DNA of 63,904 nt, filler included, from Octopus bimaculoides (Eukaryota): NCBI RefSeq assembly GCF_001194135.2. It is 6 parts of 5 records of this genome, joined end to end, with 100 filler letters (N's around TTAATTAATTAA, not from the genome) between each part and the next. Parts side by side here need not be neighbours in the genome. Positions count along the whole stretch, not along the records: positions 1 to 13,260 come from NC_068996.1; 5 more parts are not named here. One strand, written 5' to 3'. Both the position numbers and the translations under genes were made by a program. The notes under the pieces were generated by a model. It saw nothing but the letters and a program-made list of their open reading frames with translations, made no database searches and had not been told where the DNA came from. Shown here piece after piece: positions 1 through 12,300 of the stretch (position 1 is its first letter; every line of letters starts with the position of its first letter).

Positions 1-189
1 CTACGAGGTCATGCGTTGTTTATCTTGATATGAGATCACCATGTCGCGCACATATGGTTGTGATGCATGTGTCTGGTGTACCCTTATCAGACAGGTAGCC
101 ATGATGGGTATAATGAGCTTCGTATATTTTACCCCAGTGTCACTTTGATGGCATACACTGCTCTCTCACTCAATAATAATAATAACATC

Positions 190-371
190 GAAAAATACCT
201 TAGGAATGAGAACCCAGGTTCGAGATTTCCCCAAAACACCTGATGAAGGCTGGAGGGTATATCAGTCGAAACGTTGTGTTAACAACAAACAAGATGAGGA
301 CGAATATCCGTCAATTGTAAATAATGTAAATAAAGTACATAATTCCTCATCTCATAAATATAGAACTGTAC
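190..371 (+). mobile_element. Penelope-like element terminal repeat (solo pLTR-like) carrying a minimal hammerhead
   Basis: Contains CTGATGA-A-stem-GAAACGTT minimal hammerhead typical of Penelope-like pLTRs; ends abruptly at the truncated Tx1 LINE. Boundaries approximate. Confidence 0.55.
235..280 (+). ncRNA. Minimal type I hammerhead ribozyme, core intact
   Basis: Stem I AACAC(235-239)/GTGTT(276-280); CTGATGA 240-246; extra A247; stem II GGCTG(248-252)/CAGTC(263-267); GAAAC 268-272; GUU triplet 273-275; palindromic AACGTT in place of stem III. Confidence 0.75.
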
Positions 372-2264
372 CAATCGACTGCTTTAGGCCCATCACTCTG
401 CTGCAGAGCTGAAGATTCTGGCCAAGGTTTTAGCAAAATGGATGGCGAAAGTCGTGGATGGTGTCGTCGGGAAGGCGCAAACCATACACAATAATCTCCA
501 CCTTATACACAATATCTTAGAAAAGGAAAATAAGATTCTTGGCAAGGGTGGGGCGTTGGTTGGTCCATTTAGACCAATCCAGAGTCTTTGATTGGGTAGA
601 CAATCGGTAACTGGCGGCGGATCTCGAGGCGGTCGGTTTTGGCCCAACAAATCTGCGGCTGGATCAATGCTTTATATAGCAACACCAAGTCAGTAGTTCG
701 GGTGAACGGTCTCTTTTCAGAGCCGTTTAATATCGAACGCTCGGTTCGTCAAGATTGTCCACTCTCACCGCTGCTGTATGTATTGGGTCTCGAGCCACTA
801 CTGCGAAGATTGGAGGCGACGAGTGGAGTCCCGCAAGATCTAGGATATGGAAAGTTAGTTTCAGCGTATGCGGACGATGTCACTGCCATCGTATCCAGGG
901 ACAAGGACATACAGAGGGTAGGTGAGGCCCTAAAGTATTACGAAGCGGTGGCAGGAGCAAGAATTAACCGGGATAAGTCGGTCGGGTTGCAGTTCGGCAC
1001 CTGGAGAGGCAAGTCGATGCTGTCCAACGGCTTCGGCGGATGCTGGACAGACGATCCGATGAGAATGCTTGGAGATTGGTTTGATCCAGAATTCTAGATA
1101 GAGAAAAATTGGAGCGAGGTTACGGGCAGGGTGGCGTCCATAACTCAGACCTGGTCTGGGTAGAGCCATACCTGGAAGCGAGGGCGGAGGTGGCAAATGT
1201 GTTTATCGCATCTGTCATTACCTACTGCCTAACCTTCGTGCCGTGCCCCGATTCGTGGTCAAGCAAGTTGGAACGCATGCTCTTTCACTTCTTGTGGGAG
1301 GGCAGACGGCGTCTTGTAAGGCGCTTTATCTGCTGCCAACAGGTTGGGGATGCTGTGGTTAACGATACGCAGGCATGCGCTGAGGTTGAGGCACCTCTAG
1401 CTCTATCTGGACGGTAAGCCGGTGTGGTCTCCGTTCGTGGACGAGATATTTCCCAGGTTCATCTTTTTTGGTGAACAGCAAACCTGGATCAGGCGTAGAC
1501 GAAGGTTGGGAACTTGACATGAAAAGAATGCATGTGAGTCGACAGGCATTCGTGCTTCTTTCCCAAACGGGCAGTGCCGGCATAGGGGGTGCCACTTCGG
1601 CGTACTATAGAGGACTGGTAGAGGTCAAGTGTGAAGTGTGTGGGTTTCGAGATAAGTCAGCTAGCCAACCTGCATCGAAGGTCCCTGGCTTGGCTGTGCT
1701 TCCGAAGTGCTTTGCCAGTTCGGGATAAACTCGCGAGGCATGGTGTCACCGTTTCGCCTATATGCTCGCGTTGCGGGCAGAGCAACGAAACTGTTCTGAA
1801 ACGCAATCGTACAGTGTCCATATCTCTCGGACCTGTGGGTTTCTACCGAACGGGTACTGTCACAGCTGGGGAGAGTTCAGCTGTCAGCCGAATCGATTAT
1901 TAAGATCGTTCAACGTCTTCTAGCCGTAATAGATATAGAGAAAGTGGTGATATGGAAGACGCGTCTCTGGGCATGCTTTAGTGAACCTCTTTTTATATCA
2001 CCTAAGACGGAAAACATGTCTGGATAAGAAATACCTGACGACAGAAAAGTACGAAAGAAGATGGAAGAAAGTAGCCCGAATGTTGGGTACGTAAATGCCA
2101 AATTAAGCGGGTTTAAAAAAGAAGGACAAAATAAACGCGTCCGTTCCTTTTTGTTTCACCTTCATTCGTAATTATATATTTATTCATATCATTCGATAAG
2201 TCCTCGACCCATTTGGCCCTTGTATTGTCCCCTCTTTGTTTAACACTTGTGGTTCTAATAAAAT
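372..2264 (+). mobile_element. 5'-truncated, degenerate Tx1/L1-clade LINE (RT, zinc-binding C-terminus, 3' UTR)
   Basis: Frameshifted RT motifs FRPITLL, ELKILAKVLAK, RQDCPLSPLLY, SAYADDVT, AGARINRDKS; C-terminal CSRCGQSNET and KWKKVARML; 3' UTR ending AATAAAA at about 2257-2263. Confidence 0.85.
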
Positions 2265-2289
2265 CATCGTGCTAGTTCCACAGTTCGGG

Positions 2290-2640
2290 TGTTGATCGTT
2301 CAAAGTTTACAGTTCGAGTTAGGATGTTGGATTGTGGGTTCTTAAAAGATTGTTGTTACGTTCCGTGTGGTTACTGCTGTTTGTTTCACTGTTGCAGTGT
2401 ATTCGTTTACCCATGAGGATATAACAACTTGATAGACGTTTTGATAGGAATGTTCCAGTAATATACTTTGTGACACTTGAATATGCATTCAGTGACAGGC
2501 AGATTCTGTGTGCTAATTGTAGGATAGATTGGCTCTCGAATTGCACTGTATATTGTACTAGCTATCATGTCATGCCGTTTTTTGAGGTAGTACGTTGATG
2601 ACATCTTGGAGCAGATGCTAATCACATGTGTAATATTTTC
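2290..2640 (-). mobile_element. R4/Dong-like (RLE) LINE fragment
   Basis: ISICSKMSSTYYLKKRHDMIASTIYSAIR and YYWNIPIKTSIK, homologous to the CCHC-RHD-WN region of the element at 28560-30120. Confidence 0.6.
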
Positions 2641-2739
2641 CCCAGAAATATGATATGTATGTATATATGTTTGTTTGTGTGTGCGCGTGTTATTTTAAGT
2701 TAAAGGGATATTGGGATGCATCTGTAGTCGGTTGGTACT

Positions 2740-2781
<42 letters not shown>

Positions 2782-2904
2782 GATGTAGATAGATAAATAG
2801 GTAGATACACTATTATGCACATGCATTCTTTTCGTGTCAATTGTAATATTACACGGAATGAAGGCGGTGAGCTGTCAGAATTTACGTTCTGACTGTGCGT
2901 TCTA

Positions 2905-3066
2905 AATTCTTTTACTACTCTTGGCACAAGGCCCGAAATTTTTGGAGAGGGGGCCAGTTGATTGGACTCCAGTACGCAACTGGTACTTAATTTTTTGACC
3001 CCGAAAGGATGAAAGGCAAAGTCGACCTCGGCGGAATTTGAACTCAGAACATAAAGAGAGACGAAA
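2905..3066 (-). mobile_element. SINE family A, 3' part of a copy split by the Tx1 LINE
   Basis: Core GACCCCGAAAGGATGAAAGGCAAAGTCGACCTCGGCGGAATTTGAACTCAGAAC; the sequence resumes at 8535-8580 beyond the LINE. Confidence 0.8.
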
Positions 3067-3313
3067 AACTAATTTCTTTATTGCCCCCCCCCCCCGGGGG
3101 CTAAACACAGAAATGTACAAAACAACTGATTGGGATCAGTAATGCGATATGGTTTACATATAATATGAGTTTAAAAATTACATAAAATATAAAAAATCGA
3201 ATGATATTAACAGTACATAGACAACACAAATGAAGCGATGATCAGGCCACGCTCCGACCCCACAAGCCCCGATCTATCGCTGGTATCTTTTTTGTTCTTT
3301 TTTTCCCGTCTAT

Positions 3314-6300
3314 TCACATGGTTCCTTGCACACACAGCACTCGTGCAACATGCTTCCATTTCTTTTGGAACGTACACTCCGACGGACATCTCTTCTCCAG
3401 CCACACTTTCCTTTTCAAGTGAAAAGTGAAAACTGAACGTAAATTGTAGCCAGAGATAAAGTTGCCTGTCTTAATTCCTTTTATCCTAGTCTTCCATACT
3501 GCCTCTTTCGCTATTGCTACAACCGTGAGAAAACAATTCCTACCTTCGTTTGTTAAAACTTCCGGTGGGTCAATTTTTATAATTGACTCAGTCGACGGCT
3601 GTACTCTTCCTTCGCCGGACAACAGGTGTTCAGCATAAGCCCACATTTCAGATATCTCCGGACACTGAACAATAGCGTGAGGGACGGTTTCACTGTCTCC
3701 CCCCCATCTTGGACAGGTCGGCGACTGACGCTTACCGTGTGTTGCGAGCTTATCCCAAACAGGCAAGGCACCGCTGTAGCATTGCCAGGTTAAGGACTTT
3801 TGGAAGTTGTCCAACGTTCTCAACCCGAATGTACGGTGAAACAATCTGTCCAGTTGAATGAACCCGAGACCTAGAGTCGCCCCCAGGCCATCGTCGCATT
3901 TTGNNNNNNNNNNNNNNNNNNNNNNNNNNNNNNNNNNNNNNNNNNNNNNNNNNNNNNNNNNNNNNNNNNNNNNNNNNNNNNNNNNNNNNNNNNNNNNNNN
4001 NNNNNNNNNNNNNNNNNNNNNNNNNNNNNNNNNNNNNNNNNNNNNNNNNNNNNNNNNNNNNNNNNNNNNNNNNNNNNNNNNNNNNNNNNNNNNNNNNNNN
4101 NNNNNNNNNNNNNNNNNNNNNNNNNNNNNNNNNNNNNNNNNNNNNNNNNNNNNNNNNNNNNNNNNNNNNNNNNNNNNNNNNNNNNNNNNNNNNNNNNNNN
4201 NNNNNNNNNNNNNNNNNNNNNNNNNNNNNNNNNNNNNNNNNNNNNNNNNNNNNNNNNNNNNNNNNNNNNNNNNNNNNNNNNNNNNNNNNNNNNNNNNNNN
4301 NNNNNNNNNNNNNNNNNNNNNNNNNNNNNNNNNNNNNNNNNNNNNNNNNNNNNNNNNNNNNNNNNNNNNNNNNNNNNNNNNNNNNNNNNNNNNNNNNNNN
4401 NNNNNNNNNNNNNNNNNNTCCACAAAAAGCGAAAGAGCTGTCTCACCAACCTGATCAACCACGAATCAGGAAAGGGCACGACGGCCAGGCGGTAGGTAAT
4501 GACCGATGCGATAAACACATTGGCCACCTCCGCCCTCCCTTTCAGGGATAGCCACCACCAAGACCAGGTCATGACTACTGCAGCCACCCTGCTCAATACC
4601 ACCGTCCAGTTCTTCTCTATCTGGAGGCCTGGTCCAAACCAAACTCCCAGCAACTTAGCCGGTCCCTCCGTCCTGCGCCCAACAACGCTGTCTGAAGGCA
4701 TCGACTTGCCAACCCTGGTGCCGACTTTTCCCAGTTAATCTTTGCTCCTGCCACCTCATTGTAAGCCTCAATAGTTTTACCCACTTCAAGTAGGCGTGCT
4801 ACTGAAGTAACGCCGATAGTGATATCATCCGCGTAAGCCGTAACAAACTCCTCTAGACCTGGTTCTCTCGGAATGTCACTCAACCTTCGCAGTAGGGGCT
4901 CGAGAGCCACCACATACAAAAGCGGTGAGAGCGGACATCCTTGACGAACCGAGCTTCGAAAGGAAACCGTTCACCCGAACTATCGAGTCAATATTGTGGT
5001 ACAAAGCGATAAACCACCTGAGGAAGCCAAAGCCCACGCCAAACCGCGCAAGCACAGTCGCCAGGTATCGATGGTTAATCCTATCAAAAGCTTTAGACTG
5101 GTCTAAATGCACCAATGCCCCACCTTTGCCAGATTTATTACCATCCCTCTCTATGGTGTAGCGGATAAGATGGAAGGTGTCCTGGGTGGTTCTGCCTGGG
5201 ATGGCACATGTCTGTGCCTTCCCGACTGTAATATTCGCGACACGTGCCAACGTTTTCGCTAAGACCTTGGTCAAAATTTTCACTTCTGCGTTTAACACAG
5301 TGATAGGACTGAAATTCTCTATAACGTCCCCCTTGTCCGGGTCCTTTCTGACCAACGTCAAGTCCCGGCGACCTACCCGCTTTACAGTCGGCCAAAGCCT
5401 CCATCACCTCCCCAGGCGTGATTGGCTCCTGGCGAGATTCCGCATCCGACCCCGAGAGACACGGCAGACCGGCAAGATAGTCCTCGAGGGTTATCCCACC
5501 ACCAGGACCACCGTCACCCCCGAACAGCTGGGCGAAGTGCTTCCGAAAGGCCTCACACATTTCCTCGAGTTCGTTTACCAAGACGCCATTATGATTCGTC
5601 AAAGACCGTATAGTGGAACTATTTCCCTGCCAAGCTTCCACCATTCGGGCCCATCCAGCGGCCTTGATTCCTTCTCTTCCCATCGCACGTAACTTGGCTC
5701 TGGCAATACTTCCCATGTGTTGGGCTTCAAGATGCTGGTTTAACTCCAGTCTTTTCACCTTCGCTTGGTCCGCATTACCAGTCCTCCAGGCTTCTTCTAG
5801 TTCCTTAACTAAATCATCTATTCTACGTCCCTTCTTAGCTAAACTTATGCTAAACCTAATAGACTCATATTTGATGGCTCTTTTTAGGGCATATCAGCAT
5901 TTGTTATTAATGATGGTACCTGTCAATGTCCTCTGCATTAACATCTTGATCCGCTTTCTGTATTCCTCAATCATCAAAAAGGACGTATTGAGTTTCCAGT
6001 AGCCATATCCCTGACTAAGTAACTTTTGTCAGTTTACAGGTAACCATTTTGTGGTCACTGTAGCTGACAAGAAAAAACTGTGGACACTTAGCTATGGGCA
6101 TATCTGTTTCTCTAATTAAAATCCTATCTAGATATGTTCTAGAAGACCCGTCACTATTTGACCACGTCCACTGTGGAGTGTTCGGGTGTTCCAACCTATA
6201 TGGATCTGCTAGCTGAAAGTGACTTAGCAGATCCCGTAAGCCTGGATTACCTTTTCTGTTCGTGTTCGAGCCAACACGATCTGTGTGTGCCTCACATATT

Positions 6301-6727
6301 GTGTTAAAGTCTTCTAACAATACTAGCGAATGCGACGTGACCAGGAACTTGCCCAAGTCACGAAATTATTCACTTTGCGGACCCATAATGTTGTGTGCAT
6401 AAATAGCAACTAGCCTGATTATCTTGCCACAACTGAATGTCAGGTCGAGAACGACCAGCTTGCCTTCTGGATCAGAAGAACAAACTTTTTGTCGGCTACC
6501 CGGTTTCTTTTTAGTAGGACCAACACTCCACCCCACCTCCCGCCCGACTCGGAGAAACGTATTTCTCATAGCCGTTCAGGAGGGGGGACAGATCTTTTGA
6601 CCCCTTTACCCGGGTTTCCGTTGCAACAATCACATCCAATTTTCTTGACCTGATGACATTTAGGAAGCGTCCTTGCTTCCAGTTAGACATCAGGCCACGA
6701 ACATTTATACAACTAATGTGAATAGAT
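3314..6727 (-). pseudogene. Tx1 ORF2: APE endonuclease and reverse transcriptase (disrupted)
   Basis: ISCINVRGL..LDVIVATETR, LVAIYAHN, LLEDFN, SRTYLDRIL, SDHKMV (APE); SPGLD, FSPITVLNAEVKIL, LDQSKAFDRINH, YADDITI (RT); CPRWGGDSETVPHAIVQC. Several stops and frameshifts; gap at 3904-4417. Confidence 0.85.
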
Positions 6728-6739
6728 ATGACTTAGCTC

Positions 6740-8396
6740 TTAATCAGGGCTGTCCGGTGGAGAGGGGTTCTCCACCTTTTCTTGATACAGGGTCGGAGGT
6801 GGCAGGTCTTGGGAAATAGATTTGTTAAAATCCCGTCTCATTACCGACACAGAATAATCAGCTGGAGGGGGTGGGAGATCCACCTTTTCCTTTTCTCGCA
6901 GGATCGGGACTGGTAACCCATTAAATATAGACTTATTAAAGTCCAGTTTCATCGATGATACTGTCTTACGATATTTGTTTTGTAAAATTCTATGAGTCTT
7001 ATTTGAGACTTCATACACGTCATAATTGTTGTATTTCTCCGAANNNNNNNNNNACGTCATAATTGTTGTATTTCTCCGAAAGGTTATCTATTTTTTTGCA
7101 GTCTTAATTAATTGAATGTCTCTCATTAGTTCAGTATCTTTACTATATACGGCTATTATGCCTTTTCCTCTTTTTCTCTTCTAGCAGTCTTTTTTGGTCG
7201 TTGTTCTGTAGTAGTCACTGCTCTCGGTTGAGTTGCTGATTGTATTTTTCTTTTGTTTGTTGTTTTCTTCTCATCTTTTTCTTATTTTTCTTCTTCTTCC
7301 TCTTTTTCTTCTTTCTCCTCTTCCTCCTCTTCCTCATTTTCCTTGCAGTTTCTTCGAATGTGGCCTAATTGGCCACACAAAAAACATCGGGCTTTTCGGC
7401 CCTCAACAAACGCCACGAGGGTCTCCTCCCCTATCTAAATCGTCTCGGGAATTTCTTCAATTATTTTAGAGTCAGCCTGGATGAGGAGACTAACTGTTTG
7501 GTCAGTCCAGTTAGCGTTTTCGGTAGCGGCAGCCTGGAGGAGGGTAATTTTCTCTTCCTGTTTGATTAGGACTGCCGCCACCAACCACATAGGATCCACT
7601 TCCGGTGGGACCCTTGTGATTTTAATTCTGGACGTTCTCATCCCCATACAGGTGGGGATGAGCGCCACGTCGTCCGTTTTCAGTGTTTCTACTGAATGTT
7701 TTTGTGCTATTTCTTTGTTGGTAAACCTTACTTCCACCGTACCAAACTTCCTGCCTCTTGTCAGATAAACTACGTCGCTCCAAATTGGCTTTAGGCACTT
7801 CTCTATCTTCTCTTCTGTAAATCTTTCAATTTTTCTTCTTTGCAAACACTAAGTTTTAAATACAAATACAATTGTCTTCTGTTTTTCTTCTAGTATTAAT
7901 TGCTCCGGTGGTTGTATTTTAATCACGTTATCATTTATTTCCATCATTTCACTATATTTCATAAAGTCACACTTGTTCGTCGAAAGCAGCCGGGTTCCAC
8001 CCCCAGCTGCCAACGCAAAACTTTTTTTTTCCTTTTTTTGGTTGCTCAGCCTGGATGCTAGGTGCATCAATTATTCTTTTGGACACAATACCTTTTTATG
8101 GCAAACTCTGGTAATCTTCTTGTGAAAGTTCTGACGAGCTTTCAGACACATCTCTAAATATCTCATACATTTTGTTATACTTCTTTTGCAACGGGGGAAT
8201 CAAAAATTCCTTCTTCGGGGTAATCCATTATTTCCTTGCTCATAGTTGGCTCCTCGCCAAACGACATGAAATTCTTCGCTTCAACAGGCATAATATACAT
8301 TTCTGTTCCAACGGTAGGCCTCTCGCTAGACGACATTCTTCCACCCAACGGGGGAATGAACAACGCGTACTTTCTACAAGCACTTAGTGTTTTCAA
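6740..8396 (-). pseudogene. Tx1 ORF1 (disrupted) with CCHC zinc knuckle
   Basis: RRM-like GRKFGTVEVRF..RIKITRVPPEV; knuckle CFLCGQLGHIRRNC at 7345-7386; acidic/basic tract and Pro-rich C-terminus. Confidence 0.75.
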
Positions 8397-8534
8397 ATGA
8401 ACACTCCAACAGCTACGAAATTCAAAAAATTAACAAACGGCAGTTATTAGAAACAGCAGTTATTATAAATAATAACACCAAGTAACAGCAATTTTTACCA
8501 ACACATGTGCGACGCGTAACAAACAAAACTCACG

Positions 8535-8580
8535 GAGACGAAATATCGTTAAGCATTTCGCCCGGCGTGTTAACGTTTCT
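8535..8580 (-). mobile_element. SINE family A, 5' part of the split copy
   Basis: GAGACGAAATATCGTTAAGCATTTCGCCCGGCGTGTTAACGTTTCT continues the SINE sequence interrupted at 3066. Confidence 0.75.
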
Positions 8581-8813
8581 TATTTCTTTATTGCCCACAA
8601 GGGGCTAAACATAGAGGGGACAAACAAGGACAGACAAAGGGATTAAGTCAATTACATCAACCCCAGTGTGCAACTGGTACTTATTTAATCGACCCCGAAA
8701 GGATGAAAGGCAAAGTCGACCTCGGTGGAATTTGAACTCAGAACGTAACGGCAGACGAAATGCCGCTAAGCATTTCGCCCGGCGTGCTAAGGTTCCTGCC
8801 AGCTCACCGCCTT
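8581..8813 (-). mobile_element. SINE family A, Tx1-tailed subfamily
   Basis: tRNA-like head with B-box GAGTTCAAATTCC, family A core, tail TTTGTCCCCTCTATGTTTAGCCCCTTGTGGGCAATAAAGAAATA; very similar to 58344-58576. Confidence 0.8.
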
Positions 8814-8829
8814 ACTTTATGTTCTAAAT

Positions 8830-8970
8830 TAAAAAGCCATCGGGGTCGATTTTTGATGTTATACTCTCGAGGTTGATGAAATAAACACCAGTTGAGCACT
8901 AAGGTCATGTAATCATCTTAACAACCCCTACGAATTTCTGGTCTTGTGTGAAAATTTGAAGCCAATATTA
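8830..8970 (+). mobile_element. Degenerate SINE A
   Basis: Decayed core (GAGGTTGATGAAATAAACACCAGTTGAGCACT) and tail GGTCTTGTGTGAAAATTTGAAGCCAATA. Confidence 0.5.
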
Positions 8971-10113
8971 CCCGAAATGTCAAAATTCTGAAAAATTCTA
9001 AAATTCATTTCATGTTCTTTTCAAGTTGTTTTTAATTAGATTTAGAGAACGAGTTGAACTTCCGACGTTGATCTTGAAAGTATAAATTTTTAAAGGTTGC
9101 TTTAAAATGAATTCAGAAAACTTTCAATTTTAAAGTCATAATTTAAAATTGTTTTCCACTTCATTTGATAATATTTGATCTAACATCACATTTGTATACT
9201 TATATTTTTCATCTTGCATTAAAAATAATTAGTGTGAAAATGATTTTCTGATAAAGTAATACTTGTTAAAAGCTAACGAGATATTAGCATTAAAAAAGAG
9301 AATAGTACTTTAAAGCATTGTGATTTTCTACTCCTATAAGAGTCAAGATAATCTAAATGAATTATCTGAAAATGGTAAATTTGCTAAATTAGTAAAAATT
9401 ATTTAGTCTACTTGATATATAAACTTTTGCCTGTATACTCAATCAAGAAACCACAAGAGGAAGAGAATCATCAATCTCTGTAAACTAGGACAACTAAAAA
9501 CATATCTTAAAGAATGTTTCACTCCATTAGGCTGTGGATGAAGAAATTAAAACCTTCCCCAAAGACCACATGATATCTACGTAAAGTAAAAAGTGACAAT
9601 GAATAAATATATAAATGAGTATAATAAATATACATTATTACACGTGGAAGTAGATAAAACTTGAGAACAAAAATATCAAAAACTTTATTCATCAATAAAT
9701 CGACTGTTCTGGTTTATAAAGAAATCTTCAGGAAAATGATTACTAATTATCAATATTGCGAATTCTCTTGATATTCATTCCATTGAGTTGGTAAAAAACC
9801 AAAGACCACAATAGAGAATCAATGTAGATATTCTGCTATTTTTTTTTTACATTATATTCAGATAATCTAGAGAATAATTAAAAATCTAAGGGAATGTCAT
9901 ATATTGGTAAAACTACAGTACTTATCAAAACCAATGTGTAGCAAGCAACTTTATGCTTATATTTATCGAATATGTAGCTAATGACTTCAGGGTTCAAACA
10001 AAATAATAAACTTTAAAATTATTCATGTATCTTCTAAAGTTTTTACTGAGAAACATATTGTGCGGATCACCTGAGATTTTATTAACATGGCATGACTATA
10101 TTTATTGTTACGG

Positions 10114-10213
10114 TATAACCTGAGACTATTGTAATTTAGCTGTTTCAAATCTATCTTGATCAATATGACCTGAGATTATTGTAATTTATTTGTTTCCAAT
10201 CTATCTTGATCAA
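10114..10213. repeat. 50-bp tandem duplication
   Basis: TAT(A/G)ACCTGAGA(C/T)TATTGTAATTTA..TGTTTC.AATCTATCTTGATCAA twice. Confidence 0.85.
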
Positions 10214-10978
10214 CGTTAATAGGATTAAAACATCATTAGTAATTGCTCTCTTAGCTCGGTTTGCTTAGCTAAGGGTACAGTCTGAAAATTACCAGCATTT
10301 TATAAAACATATATTGGACTGGCTATAAAATGATACAAAGGAGATGTCATTAGCATGAATACTCTTTCTGAAATCTAGAAAGAAGAAATGTAACGTTACT
10401 AACTTATCATATATAGCAACTCAATGATAGTAATATAAACTAAAGTCCTGTACCTTTAGAAAAACCAAATAATTATACCAGTACTAATGTTATTTATATT
10501 AAACTGAATCTTTGAAGGAAAGGCATTTACCTAGTGCTTCCTGCACAAAAGAAAATCGGAGCGAATCATAAGCGTGTGTGACAAAGTCTATAGAGAAGCA
10601 AACACGAAAATCAAAGACGAAGAAGTCTCTATAAATTATCGATTAAGTACCTTTTATATACTTAGGTGTCTCCTTTCTAATCAATGTTAATTTCTAATTA
10701 TTTAATTTGTCTATTACTTTAATTTTTGCTTCTGAATTGATTCTCCTAGCTTGTAGTGTCTTTATTTCTTTATAATGTCTAAATTCGCGATCACATTAAT
10801 ACTATATTTTGTTATTTAATCTCTCGAAGGAACAGATATTTCTCATATTTTTTTGTCCCCATATTACACATATTTGTCCCTCTAGATTTATTAAAGATCT
10901 AAATTGTAATGCAGAGAACGTTCTGTGAATTATGTCTTGAAGCCTGTAACCTTAAAATGAAATATATAGTTAATCACA

Positions 10979-11044
<66 letters not shown>

Positions 11045-11225
11045 AATATTAATGGTTATCTGAAACAACTTTTGTCAAATATATTTTTATTTAGCATTCT
11101 CGGTAGGTTATATAGAAATATTAACTAGATTTTGTATCTGGTTTGCAAGATTCTTTATGTGAATTCATGTGTTGAAGCAAATTTTGTTGTATCTGGGGAG
11201 AGACATTCTGTTTTAATGCCTTATT

Positions 11226-11460
11226 AATTAACACACTCATCGGTTCGATTTCCGCTCATTTATTTATTTTTCTAGAATTTTCTTTGATTCTTGTAACCTT
11301 CTCAATAGTTGTTGACTCTGTTCTAGAAGTGTTTGTTGCAGGCATGGTCCCTAGAAGTGTTTGTTGTAGATCAACAGCTATTGAGAAGGCTGCAAGAAGC
11401 AACGAAAATTCGAGAAGAAAAAATAAATGAGTGGAAATCGAAGTGATGAGTGTGTTAATT
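11226..11460. repeat. Diverged ~90-bp inverted repeat with ~55-bp spacer
   Basis: 11226-11315 is the reverse complement, with scattered mismatches, of 11371-11460; spacer holds CTAGAAGTGTTTGTTG twice. Confidence 0.85.
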
Positions 11461-12149
11461 AGCTAGATTTATTAATCATAATACATTTGTTTTAAAAGTT
11501 CAATGAAATGCTATCAAAAATCATGAACACATGCTGGTGACTCCTATTGAGGCTGAAACATGTCTCCACGACTGTCCTCTCATCTCCAGATAATAAGCAT
11601 GTTCTTAACCTTAATGGAGAAATTTGATTCTTGCAGAAATCTGATTCTTGAAATTATCTCCTCTCAAGTGGAGCTGGTTTTAATTGCTTGCCATTTGATA
11701 ATAATAACCCACCCTCTAGAGACGGAGGTAATTTTAAGAAAACATTTATGTTGTAAGGTATTAAATATACTTCCTATATATGTTTATGTTATTTAAATAC
11801 ATACCGGTGGCCACTCTGAATGATTTCCCTTAGCTAAATCTTCTTTAACTTATACAAATTACATGGGCTATAAATGGTTTTTAAATTTTTCTGCATTATT
11901 CTAAATACTTTCGCTGGTAGAGATAAGGGCGGGCAATTGTAAGGATGACGCCTAGCCTATGGAAGCAAAAACATGTACCACAACAGTCTTGTTATATCTA
12001 AACCATAAGCCTGTCGTTTTCTTTTATGACGTAATTTTGGAGAATTCTTGATTCTTAAGATTATCTCCCCTTCTCATATGGAGCTGGTTTTAATTGGCAT
12101 TTGGTAAGTAGGATACATCCTCTAGAGGCGGAGATGACAATTACAAAAT

Positions 12150-12300
12150 TTCATGTTTAACATTTAATGCTGAAATTACTTTTCATCCTTTCGAGGTCGA
12201 TAAAATGAGTACCAATTGAGCACGCGTTCGATATAATCAACCAACACCCTCCCCGAAATTGGTGGCATTGTGCCCAAATTTTAAAACCAATATTTAATAC
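12150..12300 (+). mobile_element. Degenerate SINE A
   Basis: TTTTCATCCTTTCGAGGTCGATAAAATGAGTACC core and GGCATTGTGCCCAAATTTTAAAACCAATA tail. Confidence 0.65.

Larger units (their letters stand above)
3067..8534 (-). mobile_element. Full-length degenerate Tx1-clade LINE with 9-bp TSD
   Basis: 5' UTR, ORF1, ORF2 (APE, RT, C-terminal zinc-binding), 3' UTR ending AATAAAGAAAT; TSD GAGACGAAA at 3058-3066 and 8535-8543. Confidence 0.85.

Noticed and set aside
7017-7080. Exact 27-bp direct repeat in Tx1 ORF1
   Set aside because: Flanks a 10-N gap; overlapping contig ends.
3314-8396. Tx1 element as currently active
   Set aside because: Multiple in-frame stops and frameshifts in both ORFs.
11534-11564. 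Hammerhead-like CTGGTGA...GAAACATGTC as a functional ribozyme
   Set aside because: Core A6G change, and stems I and II do not pair; at most a relic.
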